A stretch of 28,950 bases of DNA from Nitrospira japonica (GTDB taxonomy: Bacteria > Nitrospirota > Thermodesulfovibrionia > Thermodesulfovibrionales > SM23-35). Below are positions 28,882-28,950 of this stretch, piece by piece. Position 1 is the stretch's first letter. Each line of letters opens with the position of its first letter. The notes beneath the pieces are model-generated. The model searched no databases and was not told where the DNA came from. It worked only from the letters and a program-made list of their open reading frames with translations. Both the position numbers and the translations under genes were made by a program. The stretch is taken from assembly GCA_020725385.1 (NCBI GenBank), contig DYFC01000014.1, positions 1-28,950 of the forward strand. Reading direction: 5' to 3'.

Positions 28882-28950
28882 TTACCTTTCTTTTTTATAT
28901 TGTTTTTTGATGTAACCAATCCCATAAGTTTATTTTGTAGCTTAGTAATA

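Overview
AT-rich chromosomal window from a Gram-negative (lpxC, TonB) bacterium; gene content and order suggest Nitrospirota/Thermodesulfovibrionales or a deltaproteobacterium-like lineage (inference, not verified). Left part: tonB-exbB-exbD, then a sigma70 promoter, a candidate switchable attenuator RNA and a ~350-bp array of REP-like palindromes in front of an outer-membrane porin and a NikMN/CbiM-Q-O nickel/cobalt ECF transporter, facing a convergent DtxR-FeoA regulator. The middle is housekeeping: rpsP-khpA-trmD-rplS-rnhB (no rimM), argD-argF-M23 peptidase, and mtnP-sigma54 response regulator-yebC-DUF502-glmU-glmS-pcrA-gatC, divergent from lpxC, which has a clear sigma54 promoter. Right part: eno-nfo, an ArnT-like glycosyltransferase and an OmcE-like tetraheme cytochrome. 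The most novel-looking locus is 23072-23931. It is a self-contained unit with a promoter and palindromic operator, a wHTH protein fused to an apparently dead nucleotidyltransferase domain, an unannotated 19-aa histone-H1-like peptide gene (MAATKKAAKKPAKKTAKKK), a terminator, and a fold-back sequence complementary to the peptide's coding region. All calls come from reading the sequence and motifs by eye; no searches were run.
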